DNA of 64,000 bases from Camelus ferus (taxonomy: Eukaryota): assembly GCF_009834535.1 (NCBI RefSeq), contig NC_045697.1, forward strand, positions 96,598,001 through 96,662,000. The letters are read 5' to 3'. Shown here one piece after another: positions 24,585 through 36,789 of the stretch (position 1 is the first letter of the stretch; every line of letters starts with the position of its first letter). Both the position numbers and the translations under genes were made by a program. The notes beneath the pieces were generated by a model, which saw only the letters and a list, made by a program, of their open reading frames with translations, made no database searches and had not been told where the DNA came from.

Positions 24585-27048
24585 GTAGGAAACCAGTCTA
24601 AGTACTTTGCATACATGATCTCTTAACTATTAACAATGTGTCTTTTTAAAGGTAAATAGGTAAACAGTGTTATCTTTAATGTATTTATCACCCCCCACCC
24701 CCCACCCCTCTTAAAGGGGTTAAAGCAGATCTTTAGAAATTCTCTTTTCCATTGAATAGATTGAAAGTTGGGGTCTATTCTGAGCTCTCTCTAAGTTGTC
24801 CATTTGGCAGCTTCTGGCTTGCATCCCATGTTCCTCCTAGTTACATCAGCTCCTCCAAGGACTCACCCCTTCTGGCACCATCTTGGGGAAAATGTGGCTG
24901 ATTCTGTAGAGCTGCAGATTCTGAGTTTGAATTTAGTCACAAAACTCAGGAGTGCAAGAAAGGTAATTTTATATTTTCTATAACCCAACTGGCTTTCTAG
25001 TATAAGCATCCATTCCACAGGATGAAAGAAAATTAATTTTGGGCAGTTTAAAGTTTCCCCCATTCCTATAGGACCAGTGTTCCCTGAAGGGATTAGGGGT
25101 TGCCATCTGATCTAAGTCATTAACAATACACCTTGGTATCTGCTGAGATGCTTTTGCTTCTAGTAGCAATCTGCAATCTGCACTCTGCTAAGGAGGCCAA
25201 CAGTCATCATTGTTTTGCATAACAATAGTCATTTTTGTCTCTGTATTTGACCCTCATTAAGCCAAGTTATCCCTTCTAGTGCATGTGGTCATTCTACTGC
25301 TTCTCCATCACGATGGACATACAAGAAACTCATGGCGACATCTATGGGGCTTTACAACTTCCAGGCTGTTCAGGGTTCCATCAGAATTGTTCTGCTGCCC
25401 TCTGTCATGCAGGGCATGGGGTAGCTCTCCAAGGGTCCCACAGCCTGTCAGCTAAACACATCTTGCAACAATTTCTGTTTGGAATCTGCTCTGGGCTTCC
25501 TGGAAATTTGCCAAGAAAAGGAATTAAAAGTTTATCTGAATTCAGATTCCCTCAAATCTATGTGAGATTTTTGTTATCCTCTCTTTCCCATGATGATGCA
25601 ATGTGAAGTCAGGATTTAGGGCTCCAGCCAGGGGTGCCACCAGCCTCTTAGCTCTTTCTTCTTCTTCTCTGATCCTCTAATCTCCCACACAGGGAGTGGT
25701 TAGTATGAGAAACTTTGCTCACACCTCACTTAAGTTCTTCTGAATGTTTGTTTTCTGTGGCAATGAAACTTTTGTTTCTCCCAGAGGCTATTATCAAAGT
25801 CCAAAAGCTAAGAAACAGTTTCTTGTTTTCCCCCATTCTTCTGGGATGTTCTACCCTTGACACAAAGAGCATGGGAGTCTCTATCTACTGGCTAAAATGT
25901 GTTAAGAAATCAAGAGGAATGTAGGAACAAGATGACAACTATGGGACAAATGAAAATATGATAATGTGAATCTGCTCACATGTCAAAATATTGTCACCTG
26001 ACACAGGGACAAGCTGAGGGAATGAACAAGTGATAACAACTGCATGTAGTGACCCCATCTCTCGAATTTTCAAAACCATACAGACATGCATGAGTTCAGT
26101 CAACTGTATTAAAAGGCTGAAGGTGATTAAAGAATAAATAAAATTGTGTATCTAATATGACATATTCCTATTGAGGAGAAGCATCCAAAAAGTTAAACAC
26201 TTCTGTGAAGAATCTCTTCCAATGCCTCTTCACTGTGTTCCTTTTGCTCACAAGTCATTTTATTCACTTTTAGAGGTCCCTAAACCTACCTACAAGGGTA
26301 TTTCTGCCAGGGCCCATTTGTTAACTAAAACAATCACTAATCTGGGCTCATAAATTCAGACCAATATTAGGTGCAGGAAGTTTTAAGGCAATCCACCACC
26401 AATCAGCCTGGGGTAGTCTTTGTCCCTCTTTTTTCTGCAACACCATCCAGGCCTCCACACCGAGGAGCTTCATGTGTACCTGTTAATTCTATTAATGAGA
26501 AATGCTCGGGGAACTACAGGGAGACTGGACCTAAGCTTCAAAATGATTACTTTGTGGGCCTATATGTGTTAACAATCAAGATGCAGTTGGGGAGGTGAGT
26601 AAGTTGGGTGGGAGGGTGAGAAAGGACAGAGAAGCTGTTGTTAGAAGTTGCTTTCTCCAATACTGGGACTGAGATTAATTTGTGTTAAAAGGAATAAGAA
26701 AGACTAGAGTTAGAACATTGTCAGCAGTTGCAAAAATAGCTTAGAAACATGAAAACTTTAATATAGTACAGTGTAAACCGGCCTGTACGGGTAAGGATTA
26801 GCAGAGAAATTGGGTAGAATGATGGATACTGCTTTTTCTAATCACTTACCTACATTTATTAATTCATCATATCCAACGTTTAGGCAGTCTTTTGGAACTG
26901 AGGTTTCAGTAGTGATCAAAGCATTCTCTTCTCCTCATTTTCAATCTTTCATGTCCATGAAGTCTGCTTAATCCTGTAATTCTGCCATTCGTTCAATAAG
27001 TTCCAATAATATCAAATAATGGCTTCTTACTTTCTAGTTGCCATATAC

Positions 27049-27432
27049 TTTTTTTATTGAAGTATAGTCAGTTTACAATGTTGTGTTAATTTCTGGTGTA
27101 CAGCATAGTGATTCAGTTTTATATATATATGTATGTGTGTGTATGTATATGTATATATACACACATATATATATTCCTTTTTGCATTCTTTTTCATTATA
27201 GGCTCTTATAAGATATTGAATATAGTTCCCTGTGCTATACAGTAGAACCTTGGACCTTGTTGACCCTGTTTTATGATGATTTTCCTTGTAGTTCCACTTG
27301 TACAAGATCTGCCAAAGTTCAGTAGGTATTCTGTGAGACTTGTTCCACATATATTTTTGTAGATGTATTTTTGATGTATTTGTGGGAGAAGATGAACTCA
27401 GTGTCCTTCTATTCTACCATCTTGAAGCCCCC
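27049..27432 (-). mobile_element. Bipartite mini-L1: 170 bp of L1 5' end fused to ~214 bp of L1 3' end, with TSD
   Basis: The minus strand starts ggggg-cttcaagatgg (homologous to 46870 onward) and ends with the same 3' UTR and poly(A) as 22032-22252. TSD ctagttgccatatac (27034-27048) versus ctagttgccatattc (27433-27447). Confidence 0.85.
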
Positions 27433-30400
27433 CTAGTTGCCATATTCTTTTGCCTCCACTTAAAATGTGTGCTAACACACAGACACACACAGTCATTCCC
27501 AATGTTTAATAAATGGGGTCCTCACGCATGACAGGAAAGGAGATTATTCTAATTATATTAAAAAATAGTTATTTTCCAAATTTAATTGTTTGATGACTAC
27601 CAAAGCCTACACTCTAAAAGTAAAGGATTTTTTAAAATTGTCACATAGCAAGGCTTCGATTTAATAAGTGAAGTCTAACATTATTATATTTTAATTAAGA
27701 CAAGACCTAAAGTTGTCAAATTCTGTGGGATTTTACATTTTATATGGACACAATTAAACATAAGTGGATACTTGATAAAGAGTTGTATTTGAACTGCTGC
27801 TTCTGCTTCAGCTCTTTGGGAAAATTGAGTGCCCAAAATGGAGACAGATAAAATGGAAAGAAGCAAGGTAGGATAACATCATAAAAACTTCCCTTATAGA
27901 TTATAGCAGAACATGTTCGCTGGATTTAAGACATTTTATCTTTGGGCTTTTTCGAAGTCACATGAAAAATCAAACACTAGTTCCAGTATTGTATTCTATT
28001 CTGTTAGTTTCAGAGAAGATGAGAAAGGATGTTTGAAGGACATTTTTTGCATACTTAGTGATGTAATTATAGCCTATTTAAAGAAATATCTCTGTAAATA
28101 TACTACTATTGCTATTATTGTATTATAAACAGTTATCATTGTTATTAGCTAAATTAAAATACCAAACATGATATTCTTTCTGAAGATACTCTGAATGGAA
28201 GCAGTGAATTTTAGGAAATCTCATATGTAATGTACAGAGTTTGTTTTTTCTCATGAGAATTCTATCTCTAGTTTTCAGTCTCTCAAGGCTTGAATAATTA
28301 GTATAAATAGATAGCTTGCATATTGAGGCGCTTTGGAACCAAACTTTTTTTGAAGTTTTTGTTACTAGTGATAAGAGGAAAAAGTACATTTCTTCTTCTG
28401 CTTTTTAATGAGACATTTAAATTTCTTTTTTTGAGAAAGAAAGCACAGCAATGTGCGCTCATACAGGCAAAGGTATATTATTTTAGGGAACACATGAAGG
28501 AAGAAAGGTTATTTGTTGCATTTTTGTCAAAAACTTAAAAAGAATATTTATAAAAATGAAAAATTTGAAAATTGAAATGATGGAATTTATTACATTGACT
28601 ATTTTTCCAATTAAGCAGTGCCTTATTTTCTAAATCTTATGGGGTTTATAAAATGGCATGGGAAAATATGCTAAAATATTCCTATCTTGTTTATTTTCTC
28701 CTCTTCATCTTTCTTCACTAATTTTCATAGTCTCTTTCCTATTCCATTCTATTGTTTTCTCCTCATTTTTCTTTTTTGTGTTGCATTTTAACTCCATATG
28801 AAAAAGGCATTTTAAACAGCACAATAGTCACAAAGAGGTCAGCCCTACTTCTTAGTGGAAAGGGAAACACTTACAAAATGATGAATCAAAATACATGTCA
28901 AGGAAACAGCCTATATTATGGACACATCATCACTCCATGACTCAACTGAAAGGAAAGAAACAGGTGTTCACCCCAACAGAGAAGAACCTCCTCATCCTTT
29001 GCAGACTCTGGGGGTGACCTCTGTGGCCCCAGTTCTTATATCCCACTATCCTGCCTTTCTCAGTTCCTGACTGGGACATCAGATAAAACCTACATGGCCA
29101 GGATCTCTCTGCCGTGGCCCCGTTGTCTGCCTCCACTCTATATTTACTTCCACAATAGGCCTCTCTTCCACTCAGCCATCTCACCTCTCTGTAGGTGGCA
29201 TTAAATTGATACCACTGTGGAAAAGAAATTAATTTGGGTTGGCCATGAAGTCTAAGGTTTCTCATGTGAGGATGGTCTTGAGCCAAATTGCTATCCTTTG
29301 TTTTAATGCTTGGTTTTCTGTTATCATTAAATTCCTTTAAAAGAAAATTTGATCATGACTAAAGGTCAGTTAAATAGGGCTAAGTATTTAAGAGTGAAGC
29401 AAATATAGGGGAAAAATAGAACTCAAAAAATGAATACACATATCATTATATTTTGGTATTTCAAGAAGCTCTTGGAATCTTACTTACTTAAAATCCATTT
29501 TAAAGTGTCAGAGAAAAGAAAAGCATAAAGGAAAATTTTCATTTCTATCCTCTGGCCTATAAGAAGCAAGGAGACTGAAAGAACAAAGATAAGAACAAAA
29601 GAAAATAATCTAGGCCTAGCTATAGAGCAATGACAAATTCTCCTAAATCACAGAAGACAAGAAAATTTAAAAGATTGATAACTCTCAATGCAGTATAAAT
29701 CATATTTTCCATCTATCAACCTGGACCTATCTATCTATATTGTTACTGGAGGAAGTATCATTTTTTTGACAAGCTGTTGCTCTTAGCAACAAGTCATCTT
29801 GATATTTTCTTTGATTATAACTAAAGAGCAATATCCATTCTTGTTACATGGGTGTAAAGTATAATTTAAAGCTCATTAAAAGTGTAGCAGGTGTTCACGT
29901 ATAAAGTGCAAAATAAAATAGGAAAGAATTTCTCTATGGCTGAGCTGTCAGTGCTGTAAAAGCCTAATTTATTTTGCATAACCTTTTAGCAAATAGACAT
30001 GATTATAATAGAGAAAAGAGAAATAGAAACAATATATTCAAGAAACTAAAGGGACTTAGCCTTTTGATTTGACCTTGATTCCCAGCCTTTGAAAATATTA
30101 CAGTCTTTTAACAATGCAGCTTTGACATACAACACATTTTTCTTCCCAAGAGATAGAAGTTCTTCAGACATTTTCTTAGCATAAAAGCTGCTCTAAAGTA
30201 GAAAATGAGTAGGTGCATAAACTGAAGCAGAGTCAGTTTATATTCATTGCAAAGCAGGGAAGAGAATGATGTTCAAACGTCCAGTCTTTTGATGGGTTTG
30301 TTTTTCATGTGGAAAGTCCCTCCTCTGCAGAAAGGAAATTCAAACTCAAAATTCAAAAGTGAGTGAAAGTCTTCTGGCGAATGGAACTATTTCTCAATAT

Positions 30401-33400
30401 CTTCCATTGTTGGCTGAAACTAGGCAAATGGTAAGAAAAAGATCCAAGTACATCAGATCTAAACACAGAACTAAAACTCAGAGTTATAATTGTTAACACA
30501 GTGACGTGATTTGAGCTGTGGATTTGCATCACCCTTTCAACCAGCCACTCTAATGAAAGCCCACGATTGCTGGAGTTAAGTGGGTTTGAATAATTCAAAT
30601 TATTAATATTTTTCTCTGTTTAGGCAAAGGAAGGAAATGTATTTTTTAAAAAGGCAGGGACATATAAAGCAGAAGTTGTGGTATTTGAGAAAGAATGGTG
30701 AGAAACAAGACACAACTTAATTGTAATAGAGTTTTGATACTGCTTGCTGAGACTCAATGCTGTCGTTAAAATTAATTTTTGAAATACAAAAGGCAAATAT
30801 TCATAGCAATGAAAATAAAAATCTGAAAGTAAAATTCCATATACTCTTAGTAAAACCCACAATGGGCTGAGGAAGGATGATAAAAGTCTGCTGACGACCT
30901 CATTGTGCCCAGTTGTGGGCACGAAGGGGAACGTCAGGGACACTGTTTATTTTCACTTCCTAGACCAGAAATTTCCATTTAAATACAACTGTTTAAATTA
31001 AAGAAGAATTAATAATGGACATTTGCTTCCTTTCTCCATTAAGGAAAATGGTGTATCAAAGAATACAAAGCAGCTGTCACATATGTGCCTAAAAGTTTGG
31101 TGCAGAGGTCCTAAAAAAAGTATTTTGTTTGGCTAGAATAGAGGGTTTTTTAAATGAGCCAATAATTTTTCTAAAAATAAGTATTTAAATACCATTAGAC
31201 AATTATATCTTGTAATTCTAGGGTTGCAGGCCAAACTCAGTTGTATACAGTAATTCATCAGAGTGGAGAAGCAATTGCCCCTGCCCATCCAACCCAGTAG
31301 AAACGATCAGTGCCACCCCTGGCTGCCACCATGCCCTTCTAAACAAAGCCTCCTGTTACCGTCAGAGAACTTTGTGCTTTTCTTTTACTCGCTTATCCTT
31401 GGTGTATATTTGAATTCTTCCCTTGTAACAGAGAACAAAGTGGTTTTATTTGTTATTAATAAAATCATAATCTGTGTCATTCATGCTTTCCCATTTTTTA
31501 ACCTAGAAGTTACTAAGTAGATATTTGCAGAACTGCACTGAAGCTTTTAGTCATGACTATGTGAAAGCAGTATTTCCAATACTGCCCTATCCTGGGGCAT
31601 GTAGCTTTGAAATTTTTAAAGATGATATAGCTTCATATTCTATCAAGAGACTATTGAGGATCATTTGACTTCAGGAAATGTGTGCTGCTGCGGCAATTCT
31701 TGTATGTAATTCTAAAGGAACTTAAACTGTTTTCCCTGTTGTGGAATATATATAGCCTGTCCTTAAAAATTGCAAACCACAGAAGTAACTCTCTGAAGCA
31801 GATATTTAATAGTCTGCATTTATTAGAGGAAAATATAACATGGAGATTTCTCTTCCGAAAATTGATGCCAAGAATGCCCACTTGTGTCAAGTTAGCATTT
31901 GTGTTAGAAACCACCCTTTACTTTCTGCGGCATATGACAACACGATCACGGTGTTACTCTTCCATGGGTCCCCGGTAAATACTCCTCGCGGTTCCCTAGC
32001 AGTGCTGTTAGAGGTCTGTCTGCATTGCGAACATTCCAGCCAAGTAAAATGTGCCCTCTGAAAATAATCTGCAAAATGGCAATTTGGGTTTGGAGGGTGA
32101 GACTATACAATGTGAGAGACAAAACTCTCACAAAGGATTAATAATTCCAGTTGCTCTATAATGATGTTATTGAGAATCAGGCCTTCAAAAATGTCAAAAA
32201 TTTATTGAAAACCTTTATCATAATTGAAACGGGGATAATAGTATTTCATTATGCCATATTTGGGACTATAGGAATTATAATGTACTTCTCTTGAGGGCCA
32301 TCTCTTTTATTTGCTTTAAGATAGAATAAAAAAATCTTTCATCATAAGAGTACGTGTATGTAGGCAAACTCATATAAAATACATCAATGTGTCCCCAAAC
32401 TATTATTACAAGTAAAGGGTCTTTTGGATTTTGTAGGGGAGGCACATTTAATTATTTACCAGTAGTAGTTTGCGCTAGATGTACTCTGCTTCTGTTACCC
32501 AGTTTCTAAAAATATTTTTTCCCTTAGTCCGTAAGTAGTACATGCTCATTAAATAAATTTTCTAAATACAAGATGATAATGTCTATATCCCTGAAGATAT
32601 GGTTTAGTGGACCAGGAAATCACAGCAATATACAAATGCAAGGTTTTGTAGTAGGCAAAATGACTCCGGAATAGGAAAGTGCACACAATCTCTATTTACT
32701 CCAGCACTTATATATAGTATCACAGGGAAATCAAAAATAAAAAAGAGGCGAATAAAAGAAGTACAAACCTCCCATTAAAAAGGAAATATAAATATTTTTA
32801 CTGCTGTCAAAACGTTTATAATACAATGAAATAATGGATCAAGGTAATGACCTTCAACAGCTAGTAACATCACTACGCAAAATTTTGATGATGAAGTTTA
32901 TAATAATGACTCTATCACCTGAAACTATGATTAATCTTAATGTCACAGTAAAAAAAATGTTACCAAAGGAAGATAAACATACAATAGACATGATATAATG
33001 AGAACTTAGATGCCATTGTTGTGCATGAAGAGAGGATGCCTAACCTGTGCATCTAAAGTCAATATAAGAATAAATACTTGGGGGTGGGTGAGAAAAGCAA
33101 AGGGAGAGTTGTTTTCTTCTTAGGTGGTAGCTCAGGGCTCTGCAAGCCTCATTAGGAAGCCCTGTGTCTAATACAGAACATGAAACATGGATGAGCAAAG
33201 GCAGAAAGATACTTGTAATTTGATGGGCTAAAGTCCATCAGTCTTATGAGACTCAATGAATGCACTAGAATGTTGCAAGGGAAATATGCCAAGACTTCCT
33301 GAGCTGGGCGCCTTATTGGGTCAAGGGGAGCAGGGAAGGGAGTTGCCTGCAAGTGTTTAGAGAGCCTAGGAATCAATTGAAACCACTAACCCCCTCCCTG

Positions 33401-34214
33401 CACTAAGCTTTGGACAATGAAAGTTCAATTTCCACTTAAACAAATAGATTGTTTAAATTAATCATTGATTTCTTGAACAGATAAGCTACTATTACTTTTT
33501 GGCCAATGTTTGCATGTTTGCTTCATTCATTTCAGAGGGAAAAAAGTTTGTGTAAGGGAGGAAACCTTTTACTTAAAGTTATTAAGTAATTCTAAGAATA
33601 TTAAAAGAAAAAAAAATCCACAAGCTGAAACTTAACAGTATATCAAAAAAGAGGCCAATTCACAGACTTCTGGTATGTGTTTTTGCAGCTATATTTTCAG
33701 CTCTCTTTGCTTCTTAAATCTTTATCTCCAACTCCTGGCCCACTTTCTTCCATTTTAATTTCCAATTCATCCTCTAAACTACGACTCACTTCTCCCTTAT
33801 CTCCAAATCTGAACTTTTCCCCATAATTCCCTTTTGATTAAAGTTCTTGCCTCTAAATTAGTTTCTTTGGTGCTTGCTACAGCCTAAAGAAGTCCTCCGT
33901 ATCATTCACCCTCAAGATAGAGAATCTTAAGTGAAAATCGGGATTTTTCTTTTTTTCCTCCCTTATGAGAAAGCTGTCACCCTAAAAGAAGACTCAAGGT
34001 ATAGTTCTTCTGCTGACTTCTTGCAGAGTTGCCCTTAATTCTTCATTCAGCACTCTGGCTTTCCCACTCTCAGCTACACACTTTAAAAACAGAAAGTTCC
34101 TACTCTGGAGATGACCCACACTTTTCTCTATATCTAGTACATGCATGGAGTCATTGCTGGTCACTCATCTCCTACCCCATGGAGTTTCTGATATAACAGC
34201 ACTACTAATTTGAC

Positions 34215-34430
34215 AATGGTAATAATATACTGCATGTGGAACACTGTGCAGAGAAATCCATACCTAATTTATCCTTCCAGCAATCTTGTGAGCTAGGCTC
34301 TATGATTAACTCAATTTCATAGATGAGGAAACTGGAACTTAGTGTGGTTTAATGGATTGCTCAGGACTGCACAGAAAACCAGTAGGGTACTCAGGATTTG
34401 ACCCCAGGCCAACCTGGCTCTAATCTCCCA
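34215..34430 (-). mobile_element. MIR SINE fossil
   Basis: atttcatagatgaggaaactggaacttag...caggatttgaccccagg matches the reverse MIR core. Confidence 0.75.
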
Positions 34431-35669
34431 TGTTTGTCGGTTCCGCTACTTCCCCCCACACTCCTTATACAGGCTACGTAAGACTGATTGTTTATTCTAA
34501 ACACAGCAAATAGAGTTTTGTGTCCTGAAAGCTAATTATCCTGAAAACGCTATATGCAAACCTAGATCTGGAAACTTACACCTAGAGTCCATATTCCATT
34601 TGTCTCTTAGAGTGCCATCTGGACTTGGCTTGCCCTACATGCTCTGCCACATTCTTATTTTTATAGCCTGGTTCGTACTCTCAATGAGAAGCTGTCATAC
34701 TGATACCCAAAGCAAATAGATTAGGGCCCCAGTTTATCAATGGAAATCCCCAGATTAAGAGTAAGTTTATTCTGCTTTGTCTACAACCAGCTGAGAAAAG
34801 TGAACTTCAGCATCAATGTTTGTAGTTAAATATTCTGTTCACCCTGTTTTCCACCAATCTGTAACATAAATAACACTATTGCTCTCTGCTAAGCCTTTCA
34901 ACCATCTTTACTAAATAACTTTAATGGTATATCCTTGGAAAGTAACTATTTGAACACCACATAAGCCAGACAAAGCATTCTTCTAATTTCGGATCCTTTC
35001 TTAAGCACAATGAAATGAATAATTGTGCAGTCTAGCTGACACTATGCCTGTACCAACCTCATTTCCTCAGATTCTACTCCCCACAAAAATACTTGAAATG
35101 GAAAAAAATAAAATCACAACAGTATAAAATGAGAGAGTAAGAAAAAAATCACTAAACATAATTTTAACATTACCTTATGAATAGGTTTACATCAAATGTT
35201 TATTTTTAACATATTTCCGTAAGTGTTTCCCATGTTACGGCCCACTCTTAGGAAATAGTTTAATGAATGCATGATTTTCCACCAAGAATAAATACTCCAG
35301 TTTACTCAACTCTTTCCTTAATGCTTAGTATTTAGGTTGTTATTACTTTTTGCTTGTATTGCTATATATTTATGCAATGAATAGCTTTTATTTACAAAGC
35401 CATTTCTATGTTTAGAATCAGATCTCCAATTCAAAAATAACTAGGTCAATTGACACAAACATTTTACAGACATCACGTATTTAAAGATTCTTATGCTAAG
35501 GATGTTATTTTTCCCTAGTTACAAAAATAGCTATTTTATTCTGCCACTCAAAACGAGTTAGAAGTACAGAAATGGTTACTCGAAGTCCTTGGCAATAAAA
35601 CAGTGATTAAAAGGTTGCATGCACATTTCTGTGAGACTACACTTCCAAAGACTTATTGAGCACTTCAGA

Positions 35670-36145
35670 TTCTGAGGAAAAAATGAGTTCACATTCCTCA
35701 TCCACATTTATTTTCATATTTACTTAGACAAGTTGCTTACTGTCCTTAATTGTTTCTAATATCTGAAATGTGAATAATAATGGTTCTATTCCATAGTTGT
35801 GTTTTCAGTTGTAAACGGTATAATGATTTAAAGGGCACAACAAAATGTTGGGTAGGTCAAGAGTGCTCATTAAATGTAAGCGATTTCTAGCTTAGCAGAG
35901 CCCCGCGGCATAATCTTAGAGGAGAATGTGCTCCAGAGATAAGAAGCCGAGTTTGATTCCTGATATACTCTGTACCAGCTGTGTGACCTCCAGCCCGTTA
36001 TTTGAACTCTCGGTAACTCTTGTTTCTTCAAATGGAAAAACTGGAATAACCATCCCATTTATATCTAATGGTTATTGTCTATATTATGTGAGATCATAAA
36101 TGTCTACAATAAAGTCTGGTTTATAGTAAACATTGAATAAATATT
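35670..36145 (+). mobile_element. Two adjacent MIR fossils (about 35670-35880 and 35905-36145)
   Basis: Two successive cores: atctgaaatgtgaataataatgg and ccagctgtgtgacctc...tttcttcaaatggaaaaactggaataac. Confidence 0.65.
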
Positions 36146-36344
36146 TATCAGGAATTACCAGTAGCATAACATAATTTTCTACCCATTTTTAAATTAGTGG
36201 CTCTCTTCATAAACAGAAAATTGTTTGGTTAGCAGTAGTTACAAAAAAACACAACTCTTTAAATTAATTTTAAAGGATTACTTCCTTTTCACTACAAACT
36301 ACCCAGGCTAACTGCTACTGTAAATCCCTACTGCTGTATATGAA

Positions 36345-36789
36345 TGCTGGGCTGCACCCTGCAGGCCTACAAGGCCTGTACTCGACCAACTTCAAGACTG
36401 AAGAAAGAGCCTGGAGTCAGTGATAGAGACATTAACGTTTTAGTGGACACAGGGGAACTTACATGTCTGAGGCAAGGTCCTAGAGCAACTTCCCACTGTG
36501 TGCTATGGACGGCAGGCTGGACGTGGCAGCGGGCTTTGCTCCTGGGGCAGAGGGAGGTTAGCAGTTATAAGGGGAATTGATGTCAGGTTGGTTCATCGGT
36601 TCCCAAGGAAACCAGCAGAGGAGCACATCCTTCACCACCCCTTTGATGAAAACAATTACCAGCTGGGGCCTGGGGCTAGTATGTAGGAAGGTCAGTCCTG
36701 TGAGTAGGGCACAGGTGAAGCAGTCACTGGTTAAGCAGGGGATAGACAGAGAGCAACAGAACAGCCATCTTGAGTGGCCTGACCATACA
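36345..36789 (-). mobile_element. Solo LTR, copy 2 of the family at 5406-5869
   Basis: Same termini (tg..gggctgcacc and gagtggcctgaccataca) and collinear similarity. Flanks atgaa/ttgga are at best a decayed TSD. Confidence 0.85.

Noticed and set aside
28942..29286. 114-aa minus-strand ORF as a gene or retro-pseudogene
   Set aside because: Non-ATG start, no recognisable homology, and no poly(A) or TSD seen.
5406..36789. A provirus bounded by the two same-orientation LTRs
   Set aside because: They are 31 kb apart, copy 1 has its own TSD on both sides, the copies are well diverged, and no gag/pol/env lies between them.
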